Assembly (NCBI GenBank): GCA_965262455.1
Contig: CBDHFH010000003.1
Span: forward strand, 12,406-76,405
Length of the DNA: 64,000 nt
Direction of reading: 5' to 3'
Origin: Gammaproteobacteria bacterium
GTDB lineage: Bacteria; Pseudomonadota; Gammaproteobacteria; UBA4575
Shown here: positions 9,880 to 20,636 of the stretch, in pieces
Position numbering within the stretch: the stretch's first letter is position 1
How the letters are laid out: each line of letters opens with the position of its first letter
Made by a program: the position numbers and the translations under genes
The notes under the pieces: model-generated
Databases searched by the model: none
The model's input: the letters and a program-made list of their open reading frames with translations, nothing else
What the model was told of the DNA's origin: nothing

Positions 9880-11280
9880 TTAATGTTTATCTACAATCGA
9901 TGAAATAATATTACTGGTTGAGTAGCCCTCAACAAACCGAATAATCTTAACCTCTCCACCACGCTGCATGACATATTCCGCGCCGACCACTTGATCCGGC
10001 GTATAATCACCACCTTTCACTAACACATCGGGATTCAACTCGCGAATTAACTTTTCTGGCGTGTTTTCATCAAAACTGACTATCCAGTCGACACTAGAAA
10101 AATAAGATAACATCTCTGCGCGATCATGTAGTGTATTTATTGGTCGTCCTTCACCTTTAAGTTGCTGAACAGATTGATCTGAGTTCAATGCCAAAACCAA
10201 CATGTCACCCATGGACGCGGCCTCACGTAGTAAATGTGCATGCCCTTTATGCAGCACATCAAAACAGCCATTTGTAAACACCACCGTATGTTGCTTTGCA
10301 TGAGCATCCAAGATGCGTTTAGTTAAAAAGTCACGACTCACCAATTTGCTATTCGGCGATTCATAGCTGAGCATACCGTGTGCAAGTTCTTCGGCTGATA
10401 AGGTTGCCGCACCAAATTTACCCACGACAATACTTGCAGCCACATTGGCAACATAAGCCGCCTGTTTAAAATCGCCATCAGAGGCAAGACTCATGGCAAA
10501 TGCAGAAATAACTGTGTCGCCTGCACCTGTGACATCATAGACTTCACGCATTTGTGCTGGGAAATTTGTCACCGCACCATCTTGCATGATCAATGTCATG
10601 CCTTTTTCGCTGCGCGTGATTAACAATGCTTCAAAATTATATTGTTGACATAAATGTTGTGCTTTTTGATAAATGTCTTGTTCCGACTCACACTCTCCAA
10701 CCACTGCACAAAACTCAGAATAATTTGGCGTCACTACTGATGCATTTTTATATTTGGCAAAATCAGTGCCTTTTGGATCAACAATAACTCTTTTATTATG
10801 TTTAAGTGCATTTTGAATAACTGCTTGCGCATCATCAAGCACACCTTTGCCGTAATCAGATAATATAACAATCGCACAATTTTCAACGACAGCAGAAAAT
10901 CTTTGCTGAATATCCGGCAAACTAACGTGGGCTTGATCATCAAAATCCAAGCGGATAAGTTGTTGGTTGCGACTAACTATCCTGATTTTCGAGGTTGTAC
11001 GAATATCAGGATGAGAACATAACTTGCATTCAATATTTTCTTTATCCAATAATTTTTGTAAGGCGACACCCTCTTGGTCTTCACCAATCGCACCGAGCAA
11101 CGTTACTTTAGATCCCAGTGCACTTATATTCTGCGCAACATTTGCCGCACCACCGGCTCTATCATGTGTCTCATTAATTCTTGCCACGGGCACGGGTGCC
11201 TCAGGCGAAATTCGATCAGCATCCGCATGCCAATATCGATCCAACATGACATCACCAACAACTAGTACATGAACATCCAT
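9880..11280 (-). CDS. hldE: bifunctional D-beta-D-heptose 7-phosphate kinase / heptose 1-phosphate adenylyltransferase
   Basis: N-terminal ribokinase-like domain (VLVVGDVMLDRYW, GAANVA). C-terminal cytidylyltransferase domain (TNGCFDVLHKGH). 466 aa. Confidence 0.9.
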   Translation of the reverse strand: MDVHVLVVGDVMLDRYWHADADRISPEAPVPVARINETHDRAGGAANVAQNISALGSKVTLLGAIGEDQEGVALQKLLDKENIECKLCSHPDIRTTSKIRIVSRNQQLIRLDFDDQAHVSLPDIQQRFSAVVENCAIVILSDYGKGVLDDAQAVIQNALKHNKRVIVDPKGTDFAKYKNASVVTPNYSEFCAVVGECESEQDIYQKAQHLCQQYNFEALLITRSEKGMTLIMQDGAVTNFPAQMREVYDVTGAGDTVISAFAMSLASDGDFKQAAYVANVAASIVVGKFGAATLSAEELAHGMLSYESPNSKLVSRDFLTKRILDAHAKQHTVVFTNGCFDVLHKGHAHLLREAASMGDMLVLALNSDQSVQQLKGEGRPINTLHDRAEMLSYFSSVDWIVSFDENTPEKLIRELNPDVLVKGGDYTPDQVVGAEYVMQRGGEVKIIRFVEGYSTSNIISSIVDKH

Positions 11281-11304
11281 TAGTGTTTAGCAATGGCCCA
11301 TGAG

Positions 11305-12228
11305 TTAGACAGCCGGAGTAAGCCAGTGCGTATAGTTGTCTATTTCACCATGCACAATCTGAAAATATTTGGCTTGTAGCTTTTCCGTAATCGGCCCGCG
11401 CGAGCCAGAACCAATTGGACGGTTATCTAATTCTCGGATAGGTGTTACTTCAGCGGCCGTACCGGTAAAGAATGCCTCATCAGCAATATATACCTCATCG
11501 CGTGAAATTTGCTTCTCAACAACAGGTATTTGCATTTCTGTCGCTAATCCGATAATTGTCTTACGTGTAATGCCATCTAAGGCCGAGCTTAATTCAGGCG
11601 TATAAAGTACATCATCACGAACAATAAAAACATTTTCACCACTGCCTTCTGCAACGAACCCCTGGGGATCAAGTAATAACGCTTCATCGTAGCCATCTTG
11701 AGCTGCTTCTTGTAGAGCTAACATGGAATTAACGTAATGACCATTGACTTTGGCTTTACACATTGTCGCATTCACATGATGTCGCGTATATGAAGATGTC
11801 TTAACGCGAATGCCATTTTCCAGGCATTCTTTGCCCATGTATGCACCCCATTCCCATGCAGCAATAATACAATGCACTTTAAGATTATCTGCGCGCAAGC
11901 CCATCGCTTCTGAGCCATAGAAACACATCGGGCGTATGTAGCCATATTTCATATCATTAGCTTTTACCACATCAACTTGTGCCTGATTCAGCTGTTCAGT
12001 GGTAAATGGAACATCCATACCAATAATCTTGGCAGAATTTAACAAGCGTTTAGTATGATCTTGCAATCGAAAGATAGAAGTGCCTTGCTTCGCATCATAT
12101 GCACGTACACCTTCGAATACGCCTGCACCATAATGCAATGTATGCGTTAATACATGTGTTTCTGCTTGCCGCCAATCAATCATTTCCCCATCACGCCATA
12201 TAATTCCATCGCGATCTGACATGGACAT
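11305..12228 (-). CDS. ilvE: branched-chain amino acid aminotransferase
   Basis: 307 aa with class IV aminotransferase motifs (GAGVFEGVRAY, EAFFTGTAAEVTPI). Confidence 0.9.
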   Translation of the reverse strand: MSMSDRDGIIWRDGEMIDWRQAETHVLTHTLHYGAGVFEGVRAYDAKQGTSIFRLQDHTKRLLNSAKIIGMDVPFTTEQLNQAQVDVVKANDMKYGYIRPMCFYGSEAMGLRADNLKVHCIIAAWEWGAYMGKECLENGIRVKTSSYTRHHVNATMCKAKVNGHYVNSMLALQEAAQDGYDEALLLDPQGFVAEGSGENVFIVRDDVLYTPELSSALDGITRKTIIGLATEMQIPVVEKQISRDEVYIADEAFFTGTAAEVTPIRELDNRPIGSGSRGPITEKLQAKYFQIVHGEIDNYTHWLTPAV

Positions 12229-12254
12229 AACTCGACTCCTATTCCTTTTTATTC

Positions 12255-15131
12255 TTAGTTTGCAAAAAACTTATTCCAGCACTCTCTTACTATACGCCTT
12301 TCATTCTGGTACTCACTGACAGGCACTTCGGGCGTATTCGCTTGCAATGCAATGCGGTGCATAATGTTACGAAATTGGCAATATATATCTGTGATTTCTG
12401 TCGCCATCGAACTTGCGATAAACCCACTATCAGCTAATCGTTCGAGCAAGCGCACATTATCTGAATACTCACATAAATCTATACCCTTGTTTGCATGTGC
12501 TTCATGCGCATAAGCAAGAACAGCATATTGCACCATAAATTCGATATCGGTGATACCTCCTTCGTCGTTTTTAAGGTGAAATACGCCCGCCGTTTTGCTT
12601 GCTTTTGTTTCTAACATTTTCGCGCGCATATTAACCACTTCTTGTGCAAGTCTATTGGCCTCCCGCGGTTGACAAATTATTTGTTGGCGCATTAGTTGAA
12701 ATTTCTTTTTAAGATCGCTAGCACCAGCGATACAACGCGCGCGCACCAGGGCTTGTATTTCCCATGTCCATGCACGTGTTTGATAATAATCATGTACAAA
12801 TGAGAAAAAAGGCATGATTGGACCCGACTCACCATCGGGTCTTAAACGTGTATCAACATCATATAATTTGCCAGACACGGTTTGCAGAGTGAGCATTTGT
12901 GTCAGTCGCTGCGCAAATCGAGTCGCTTTGACAATATAAGGCACATTCATATCGGAAGGATAATCTATTTCGTTTTCATTCTTACATATGTACACCAGAT
13001 CCAAATCCGAGCCATAACTTAATTCGATACCACCTAATTTACCGAAAGCAATCACAGCGACGTTATCCTGCATGACCAGATCAAATTGCTGTTCTAGATA
13101 TTTTACACAGCCATCGACCACCACTTCTGCGGTCCAACTCAGCTGATCGCTCACTTTCATCAGCGGGATTTTACCCAGCACATCCGCGCATGCGACACGC
13201 AACTCACGCGCATGTTTGAATAACCTCACCCGATTCAGTACTGCGTCATATTCGTACTCCTTACTTAACAACACTTCTTCTTTAAAACGCTGGGCTGTCT
13301 GTTGTTTTGTCAACAACAAATCTTGATCTGCACGGACAACAATATCATCCAACAACAAAGGATATGAAGAAATATGACTTGCTATCCATGGACTGGCTGA
13401 AGCCACTGCAATTAATTGTTTCAATACTTCATGATTTTCATACAACAAAACCAGATAGACGGAACGTCGTAGAATATTTTGTAGTAGTAAAAATATGCGC
13501 CCTATGACCAACGCGGGAGACTCGACCTTTTTGAGCTCTAATAAAAAACGTGGAATAAATCTGGTTAAGCGCTGTCGTCCCTCTTGGTCTTGATGACGAT
13601 AAGCATTACTTTGTATGAGCTGTTTGAGTTTTTCTACCACCTGACTAATTTCTTTATAGTCATCTAACTGAAATTCATCAATGGAATCGTCCTGATTAGG
13701 ATCAGCTAATTTCTCCCATAATGAGGCATAGATTTTCTCATCGCTCGAAGTATCCGCATCACTGTGTATTTGGTTAAATATGCGATTGACATTACTTCTG
13801 TGTTGTTCAAGCTCGGCATCAAAGTGATCAATATCAACATAACCCATCGACTGCGCTAACAATAAATGTGACAATTGATCGTCTGGTACCGTATGCGTCT
13901 GCATATCATTCGCCATCTGCAAACGATTTTCGACACGACGCAAAAACTTATAGGCATTTAAAAGTATTTCAGATTCGCTAGCATCCAGGTAACCGGCGAG
14001 TTGAATTTGCTCTATGCCTTGCAAGATTTCACACGTTTGCAGTGCCGCATTACGCCCGCCGTGAACCAACTGAAAAAATTGCACTATAAATTCAATTTCT
14101 CTTATTCCGCCCACGCCGAGCTTAATATTATCGACGTTACCTTTTTTAACAACTTGCTGGGCAATTAAGTTTTTCATTTCGCGCAAGGTACTGATCACAC
14201 CAAAGTCGATATACTTTCTGTATACGAACGAAGTCACCATTTGATTAAAACGCTGTTGATCTTCTGTTACTCCATAGATGACACGTGCTTTGACATAAGC
14301 GTATCGTTCCCACTCGCGCCCATGTGTATAAAGATAATCTTCAATATGATTGAAATTGACCACCAATGGACCTGAGTCACCAAACGGTCGCAGGCGGCAA
14401 TCGACACGATAGACAAAACTATCCACCGTGATTTCTGACAACACACGAATAATGATTTGTACTAATTGGGTAAAAAACTCTTGATTTGAAATTGAATTAG
14501 TACCATCAGTGTGACCACTGTCGGAAAAGCAGAATATGACATCAATATCAGAAGAAAAATTTAGCTCATAGCCACCCAACTTGCCCATGCCTATAACTAC
14601 AAGTTCAATCGGTTCACCTTGATCATTGCGTGGCACACCATACCTGTTAATTAATTTTGTTTGCGACCAACGTACTGCAATATCCATACAGGCATCGGCT
14701 AAATCACTTTGTTGCTTGAGTACAGCAAATATATCTTGCTGCTGAATTAAGTCATTCCAACAAATATGTAAATGCCCATGATGGCGTAGTTCGCGCAGGC
14801 GCTGTTTGAATTCATTTTCATCTTCAATAGTTATTAAGGCGTCACTTTGTTTATCTATTATCAAGCGCAAATAATCAGGCGACTGATTCTCAATAACTGC
14901 TTGCAACCAGTGCGGATACTTATGACAGATACGCACTGCATAGGCACTTTGTTGCCATAACATCTGTATGGCTTGCTTGTGATTAAGCATTTCGCTCGGA
15001 TTAATTTGAGCAACAAATTGCTGCCATAGTGATTCAGTTTCTTGACTTATATCAACGGGAAGCATCATCAACACACGCTTAATGAATAGAGAAGCAAGAA
15101 TTTCCCGGGTAATATAGAAAACACCACACAC
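12255..15131 (-). CDS. glnE: glutamine synthetase adenylyltransferase/deadenylyltransferase
   Basis: Two nucleotidyltransferase domains (VIGMGKLGGYELNFSSDIDVIF and AFGKLGGIELSYGSDLDLVY). The real start is probably the internal MM at about 15068. Confidence 0.9.
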   Translation of the reverse strand: MCGVFYITREILASLFIKRVLMMLPVDISQETESLWQQFVAQINPSEMLNHKQAIQMLWQQSAYAVRICHKYPHWLQAVIENQSPDYLRLIIDKQSDALITIEDENEFKQRLRELRHHGHLHICWNDLIQQQDIFAVLKQQSDLADACMDIAVRWSQTKLINRYGVPRNDQGEPIELVVIGMGKLGGYELNFSSDIDVIFCFSDSGHTDGTNSISNQEFFTQLVQIIIRVLSEITVDSFVYRVDCRLRPFGDSGPLVVNFNHIEDYLYTHGREWERYAYVKARVIYGVTEDQQRFNQMVTSFVYRKYIDFGVISTLREMKNLIAQQVVKKGNVDNIKLGVGGIREIEFIVQFFQLVHGGRNAALQTCEILQGIEQIQLAGYLDASESEILLNAYKFLRRVENRLQMANDMQTHTVPDDQLSHLLLAQSMGYVDIDHFDAELEQHRSNVNRIFNQIHSDADTSSDEKIYASLWEKLADPNQDDSIDEFQLDDYKEISQVVEKLKQLIQSNAYRHQDQEGRQRLTRFIPRFLLELKKVESPALVIGRIFLLLQNILRRSVYLVLLYENHEVLKQLIAVASASPWIASHISSYPLLLDDIVVRADQDLLLTKQQTAQRFKEEVLLSKEYEYDAVLNRVRLFKHARELRVACADVLGKIPLMKVSDQLSWTAEVVVDGCVKYLEQQFDLVMQDNVAVIAFGKLGGIELSYGSDLDLVYICKNENEIDYPSDMNVPYIVKATRFAQRLTQMLTLQTVSGKLYDVDTRLRPDGESGPIMPFFSFVHDYYQTRAWTWEIQALVRARCIAGASDLKKKFQLMRQQIICQPREANRLAQEVVNMRAKMLETKASKTAGVFHLKNDEGGITDIEFMVQYAVLAYAHEAHANKGIDLCEYSDNVRLLERLADSGFIASSMATEITDIYCQFRNIMHRIALQANTPEVPVSEYQNERRIVRECWNKFFAN

Positions 15132-15156
15132 AAATGAGAATACATCTCATTTGTGT
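15128..15156. promoter_or_regulatory. Fur-box-like perfect inverted repeat between glnE and the Fe(3+) ABC transporter operon
   Basis: aCACAAATGAGA-ataca-TCTCATTTGTGt: 12-bp arms and a 5-bp spacer. AT-rich nATwAT-like hexamers. Located 55 nt upstream of fbpA. Confidence 0.35.
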
Positions 15157-15210
15157 TAATATCACTGTCGGCATGGACCATTTTATGACCTTCGAAACGG
15201 ATTAAAACTA

Positions 15211-16236
15211 ATGAAACTTTATTTTAAATCAATACTTTATATTTTTCTTTGTAGCATTCTCGCACAATTTTCCTATGCTCAAGAACAAGACGAGTTAAAT
15301 GTCTATTCTGCTCGTAAAGAGGCTCTTATCAAACCTTTGTTGGATAAATTTGCCAACCAACACAACGTTAAAGTTAATTTAGTCACAAGCAAAGCTGACG
15401 CACTCATTCAACGTCTTAGCAGCGAAGGTAAACACTCACCCGCGGATATATTCATCACGACAGATGCCGGCCGATTGCATCGTGCAAAGCAAGCTGGCTT
15501 ACTGCAAGCAATAACTGATAGTGAGGTGCTATCGCTGGCACCCACTCAATACCGCGATCCGAATGGTTATTGGCTGGGTCTGTCGTTACGTGCTCGTGCC
15601 ATTGTTTACAACCCGGAACACATCAAGCCAAGCGAACTATCAACTTATGAAAATTTAGCTGACCCAATGTGGAAGCAACAAATATGCATTCGCTCCTCCA
15701 ATAATATTTACAATCAATCATTAGTCGCCTCGCTTATTGCTCATCACGGCATTGAAACGACTCAAGACTGGGCAAATAAATTCGTGGAAAACTTTGCACG
15801 TAAACCACAAGGCGGTGATCGAGATCAAGTCAAAGCATTGGCTGCCGGTCAGTGCAACCTTGCCGTCGTCAATACTTACTATTTGGGCAATATGATGGTG
15901 GGCAGTGAAGAAGAACAAGCTGCAGCTGCCAAAGCAAAATTATTCTGGCCCAATCAGGATGACCGTGGTGCGCACGTCAACGTCAGCGGAGTGGGTATTG
16001 CAAAACACTCTAAAAATAAGTCTTTTGCGATGGAATTAATAAAATTTTTATTCACACCAGAAGCACAAGCCTGGTATGCGGATGTCAATCTAGAATACCC
16101 TGTGATTGATAATGTGAGTTCCAACGATATTCTCAACAGTTGGGGAGCATTCAAAGCTGATACACTCAACCTAAGTCAGCTTGGCGAACTGAACACTAAA
16201 GCCGTTCAGATCATGGATAAAGCTCATTGGAGATAA
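15211..16236 (+). CDS. fbpA: Fe(3+) ABC transporter periplasmic substrate-binding protein
   Basis: Signal peptide followed by an FbpA/AfuA-like sequence (ELNVYSARKEALIKPLLDKF, ADIFITTDAGRLHRAKQAG). 341 aa. Confidence 0.75.
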   Translation: MKLYFKSILYIFLCSILAQFSYAQEQDELNVYSARKEALIKPLLDKFANQHNVKVNLVTSKADALIQRLSSEGKHSPADIFITTDAGRLHRAKQAGLLQAITDSEVLSLAPTQYRDPNGYWLGLSLRARAIVYNPEHIKPSELSTYENLADPMWKQQICIRSSNNIYNQSLVASLIAHHGIETTQDWANKFVENFARKPQGGDRDQVKALAAGQCNLAVVNTYYLGNMMVGSEEEQAAAAKAKLFWPNQDDRGAHVNVSGVGIAKHSKNKSFAMELIKFLFTPEAQAWYADVNLEYPVIDNVSSNDILNSWGAFKADTLNLSQLGELNTKAVQIMDKAHWR

Positions 16237-16277
16237 TGCTCCACGACTACCACTATTAGTGCTTACAGTATTCCATC

Positions 16278-17945
16278 ATGCTCACCGCAGTCTCTCGACG
16301 CAATCTATTCACACTGGGTGGGAATATCACATGGCAATGGTTTGTTACCATTTTAGTGATAACGTTGATAATCGTTTTACCGCTACTGGTGGTACTACAA
16401 TTCAACTTTCATGCACGCACTGATACATGGCAACATTTGGTAGATCATGTATTACTAGAGTATGTTAAAAACTCTATTTTTTTAGCCATTGGCGTTGCTT
16501 TTGGCACATTTATTATTGGCGTCCCGACGGCATGCTTATGTGCACTTTACTCATTTCCCGGTAGACGCATACTCGAATTATTACTGTTGCTGCCATTGGC
16601 AATGCCTGCTTATATTATTGCCTATACGTATACTGGCATACTCGACTACAGCGGTCCCGTACAGACTTATTTGCGCAGTGTATTTGATTGGGGTTATGGC
16701 GATTACTGGTTTCCTGAAATACGCTCATTGGGTGGAGCAATTGCTATGTTTTCTTTCGTTCTTTACCCCTATGTATTTTTACTGACTCGTTCAACATTAA
16801 TTAATCAATCCAACAATGTGATAGATGCTGCGCGCTCGCTTGGCGCCACTGGTGTTGAGAGGTTGTTTAATATTATTTTGCCACTAGCTCGTCCGGCAGT
16901 TGCGGCGGGCATTACACTCGCTTTGATGGAAACACTAGCTGATTACGGCACAGTACAATACTTTGGTGTTGATACGTTTACTACAGGGATATTTCGTACT
17001 TGGTTTGGTTTCGGCGAACCCGCGACAGCAGCACAACTCTCTAGCATATTAATGCTGACTGTCTTTATATTATTTATCCTGGAGCAAAGTCAGCGCAAAA
17101 GAATTCGCTACCATAACCCAAGTCATGCTGTTAAAAACCATCATCCAAGAAAGCTGATAGGTTCTCATGCGTTGCTGGCAATCATAATTTGCATGATTCC
17201 ACCGCTATTTGGTTTTATTATTCCGCTGTTACAACTCAGTGCTTGGGCAATTAAAACTGCTGCTGACATGGTCAATAGTGAATTCTATTCACTGGCATTC
17301 AATAGCTTGTTATTAGCCGCTTGTGCAGCTATTACAACCTTAGTGATTGCAACTATCCTTGCTTATGCTAAGCGTGCAAGCAACAACACTTTGCTACATG
17401 GCATGATAAATTTAAGCGCGATGGGTTATGCAGTCCCTGGCACAATTATCGCGGTAGGCACATTAATTGTTTTTGGCAGTCTAGATAATTGGCTAATCAC
17501 ACTGCTAGATAATCAATTCAATATTAACAGCCAATTAATTTTTACTGGTACCATAGCAGCATTAGTGTTTGCGCATACGGTTCGCTTCTTATCGTTGGGC
17601 TTGCAAACTGTCAGCGCCAGCTTAACTAAAATTAATCATTCTATCGATGAAGCCTCTCACTTACTTGGTAGCAGTTTGTTTGCCACTTTGCGTAATATTC
17701 ATCTACCTTTAATACGTAGCGGATTGCTCACCGCCGCGTTACTGGTGTTTGTCGAGGTCATGAAAGAATTACCCGCCACTTTAATTATGCGCCCATTCAA
17801 CTTTAATACTTTAGCGGTACGCGCGTATGAATTGGCATCCGATGAGCGCTTGGCGGATGCTTCGACGGCAGCACTCGCAATTGTTTTAACTGGTATTATC
17901 CCTGTGCTGCTGTTAAATATTGCAATAAAAGCCAATGCCAGATAA
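16278..17945 (+). CDS. fbpB: Fe(3+) ABC transporter permease (two fused permease domains)
   Basis: 555 aa with 12 predicted TM helices and two ABC permease EAA-like regions (DAARSLGATGVERLF, DEASHLLGSSLFATLRNIHLPL). Confidence 0.8.
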   Translation: MLTAVSRRNLFTLGGNITWQWFVTILVITLIIVLPLLVVLQFNFHARTDTWQHLVDHVLLEYVKNSIFLAIGVAFGTFIIGVPTACLCALYSFPGRRILELLLLLPLAMPAYIIAYTYTGILDYSGPVQTYLRSVFDWGYGDYWFPEIRSLGGAIAMFSFVLYPYVFLLTRSTLINQSNNVIDAARSLGATGVERLFNIILPLARPAVAAGITLALMETLADYGTVQYFGVDTFTTGIFRTWFGFGEPATAAQLSSILMLTVFILFILEQSQRKRIRYHNPSHAVKNHHPRKLIGSHALLAIIICMIPPLFGFIIPLLQLSAWAIKTAADMVNSEFYSLAFNSLLLAACAAITTLVIATILAYAKRASNNTLLHGMINLSAMGYAVPGTIIAVGTLIVFGSLDNWLITLLDNQFNINSQLIFTGTIAALVFAHTVRFLSLGLQTVSASLTKINHSIDEASHLLGSSLFATLRNIHLPLIRSGLLTAALLVFVEVMKELPATLIMRPFNFNTLAVRAYELASDERLADASTAALAIVLTGIIPVLLLNIAIKANAR

Positions 17946-19002
17946 GAATGACATACGTGATGTATTGCTGAATGTAAATGAGGTCTCTGCTCATTATGAA
18001 CAGACAGTCATACTCGACAAAACATCATTACAAGTTAACGCCCACGATATTGTTTGTTTACTCGGTCCAAGTGGCTGTGGCAAAACGACTCTGTTGAGAA
18101 CAATTGCTGGCTTACATGAAATAGATCATGGCAGCATTGAAGTCAAGCATGCCGTCATCAGTACACCGGAAATGATGGTAGCGCCAGAGACTCGTAATAT
18201 TGGCATGATGTTCCAGGATCTTGCTTTATTCCCGCACTTAACTGTTTACGACAATGTTGCCTATGGCATCCGCAAACACAGTAAACAACATATTCAACAA
18301 CAGTCGAAACACGTATTAGATTTAGTCGATATAAGCTCAAGTCAATTTCAGAAATATCCTCATGAGCTATCTGGAGGTCAACAACAACGTGTCGCGTTGG
18401 CACGCGCTCTAGCACCAAAGCCTGCCATATTATTACTTGATGAACCGTTCTCCAGCCTTGACCCTGATTTAAGAGAACAGTTAGCCACACAAGTGAGAGA
18501 CATTCTTAAGCTGGAACAGATGACCGCTGTCTTGGTCACACATGATCAACACGAAGCATTTGCAGTCGCGGACTTAGTTGGCGTCATGCAGCAAGGTGAA
18601 ATTGTTCAGTTTGATACGCCTTATAACATTTACCATGAACCTAACTCCCGCTTTGTGGCCGACTTTGTTGGCTTAGGTAATTTAATCCCTGCGACAGTTA
18701 TAGATAAGCACCGCATTGAAACTGTGTTCGGTGAGTTGCATGGCACAATTGACCCGTCATTTGAGCCTGGCGATCAAGTTGACTTATTGGTTCGACCGGA
18801 CGATATCCCGCATGATGATTCCAGCCAGGTATCTGCCATTGTGGAACAGAAACGTTTTCTTGGCGCAGAATTTCTTTACACATTGCGCCTACCCAATGGG
18901 CATAGTGTGTTGTGTTATGCCCCCAGTCACCATGACCATGTCATAGGAAAACCACTTGGCATCGGGCTTGATTTAGAACATTTGGTACTGTTCCGCCGAT
19001 AA
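17935..19002 (+). CDS. fbpC: Fe(3+) ABC transporter ATP-binding protein
   Basis: Walker A (GPSGCGKTT), signature (LSGGQQQRVALARAL), Walker B (LLLDEPFSSLD). C-terminal TOBE-like domain. Overlaps fbpB. Confidence 0.8.
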   Translation: MPDKNDIRDVLLNVNEVSAHYEQTVILDKTSLQVNAHDIVCLLGPSGCGKTTLLRTIAGLHEIDHGSIEVKHAVISTPEMMVAPETRNIGMMFQDLALFPHLTVYDNVAYGIRKHSKQHIQQQSKHVLDLVDISSSQFQKYPHELSGGQQQRVALARALAPKPAILLLDEPFSSLDPDLREQLATQVRDILKLEQMTAVLVTHDQHEAFAVADLVGVMQQGEIVQFDTPYNIYHEPNSRFVADFVGLGNLIPATVIDKHRIETVFGELHGTIDPSFEPGDQVDLLVRPDDIPHDDSSQVSAIVEQKRFLGAEFLYTLRLPNGHSVLCYAPSHHDHVIGKPLGIGLDLEHLVLFRR

Positions 19003-19075
19003 GCTGGAGTGATTCCATAAAAACTTGACGTAACCTATTAAAAGTACAAGAATTATCTAAATTTGAGCTTTTAAT

Positions 19076-19456
19076 TTGAAATCCATGGCAGATTGGTTCC
19101 AACGTTACTTGTCCCGCATCATATTAAGTTGTTGCTTTGTGCTTCACGGCGCTAATGCCGGCATGCTCTCAACACAGCAGATTGAGGTCAGCATGAGTAC
19201 ATCGAGTCAACATCAAATGGTCATGACAACATTACAACGTGATGATGTGCGTAACGCATTAATCAAACATGGCGTAGATCCCGCACATGTTCAGCAACGT
19301 ATTGACCAACTAACAGATCAAGAATTACAGCAGCTTGCTGAGCAATTTGATACCTTGCCTGCCGCTAGCGGTGTTGGACTGGTGTTATTTGCCACGGGGC
19401 CTATTGTATTTATGTTAGAACTCATGGGTTACACTGATTTAACAACAACATTTTAA
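19076..19456 (+). CDS. PA2779-family small secreted protein
   Basis: 126 aa. Signal peptide, a QELQQLAEQF segment and a C-terminal hydrophobic helix. Stop/start overlap (TAATG) with the next gene. Confidence 0.5.
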   Translation: MKSMADWFQRYLSRIILSCCFVLHGANAGMLSTQQIEVSMSTSSQHQMVMTTLQRDDVRNALIKHGVDPAHVQQRIDQLTDQELQQLAEQFDTLPAASGVGLVLFATGPIVFMLELMGYTDLTTTF

Positions 19457-20487
19457 TGCGCTCGCCATTATTCTCTTTCGCACTCGCTATTGGTTTACTT
19501 AACTTGCAATTGTATTTGTCAGGCTGTACTGCTATCGCCGTTGCGGATCGCATCATTCCCAAACAGCCACAGTATTTAGCTTCGGATATAAAAATTGACG
19601 TTCCTTTTATAGAACAAACTGACCATCATTGCGGCCCCGCTGCACTTGCCATGGTTGCAAATTACTATGGCAATACAGTCACCGCAGAACAAGTCGCGCA
19701 ACTTATTTATTTGCCTGAAAAGAAAGGCAGCCTACAAATTGAAATGCAGGCCGCAGCACGCAGTTTAGATTTGGTCGCATACAAAACTCAGCTGGATTTT
19801 GCTTCTTTACGCGCTGAAATAAATGCCGAACGCCCTGTGATTATTTTACAGAACCTTGCATTGAGTCTTTACCCAATCTGGCATTACTCAGTGGTTACTG
19901 GACGTTCTGCCAATAACGACTCTTTCTTATTACATAGCGGCCGTCATGAATATTACAGAAGTGCTTGGACGACACTAGAAAATACCTGGCGCCGAGGGAA
20001 ATATTGGGCGCTTATTGCTGTACCTGCAGGTGACCTTCCAGGCAGCATTAACATAAATGATGCCACTAAAGCGGCGATGGATTTAGAAAAAGTCGGCAAA
20101 TACCGTGCTGCCCAATTGACTTATGCTGCTATAGCACAACGATGGCCTGATAAATTTATCGCTCATGTAGGTTTAGCTAACACCCATATGCAACTCAAAG
20201 AACCATTAGCTGCTAGCCAAGCTTATAAACATGCATTACAACTTAACGCTCAATCTGCAGAGGCTCTCAATAATTTCGCTTATAGCGCATTTGAATTGGG
20301 TTGCGAGGTTACTGCTATAGAAGCAGCTAATTGCGCCATCCGCATCGAAGGTGCTAATCATAAGACGCTTTCTGCCACACTCAGTGAACTTAAAAGTCTT
20401 ACCGCAAGCCCAACTAATCATGCAACTTGCCCAAAAATACAATGCAACAGTCGATCTTTTGCAGCAGTTAAAACTACGCAAAACTAA
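19456..20487 (+). CDS. PA2778-family C39-like cysteine peptidase with TPR repeats
   Basis: Lipoprotein-like N-terminus (LSGCTA). Peptidase C39-like core (HHCGPAALAMVANYYG ... WHYSVVTG). C-terminal TPR-like helices. Confidence 0.6.
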   Translation: MRSPLFSFALAIGLLNLQLYLSGCTAIAVADRIIPKQPQYLASDIKIDVPFIEQTDHHCGPAALAMVANYYGNTVTAEQVAQLIYLPEKKGSLQIEMQAAARSLDLVAYKTQLDFASLRAEINAERPVIILQNLALSLYPIWHYSVVTGRSANNDSFLLHSGRHEYYRSAWTTLENTWRRGKYWALIAVPAGDLPGSININDATKAAMDLEKVGKYRAAQLTYAAIAQRWPDKFIAHVGLANTHMQLKEPLAASQAYKHALQLNAQSAEALNNFAYSAFELGCEVTAIEAANCAIRIEGANHKTLSATLSELKSLTASPTNHATCPKIQCNSRSFAAVKTTQN

Positions 20488-20636
20488 TCAAGCATAATGT
20501 ATTTAATTTAGCTATCATTGCACCCCAAAATTATCAGCACACCCCACTTTATTAAAGCAAGGCGCTTTTTATATTCTCAATGACACATATCACTGCACTT
20601 TAACTATCAGAGTATTATTTCTAAGGAGAGAACTAA

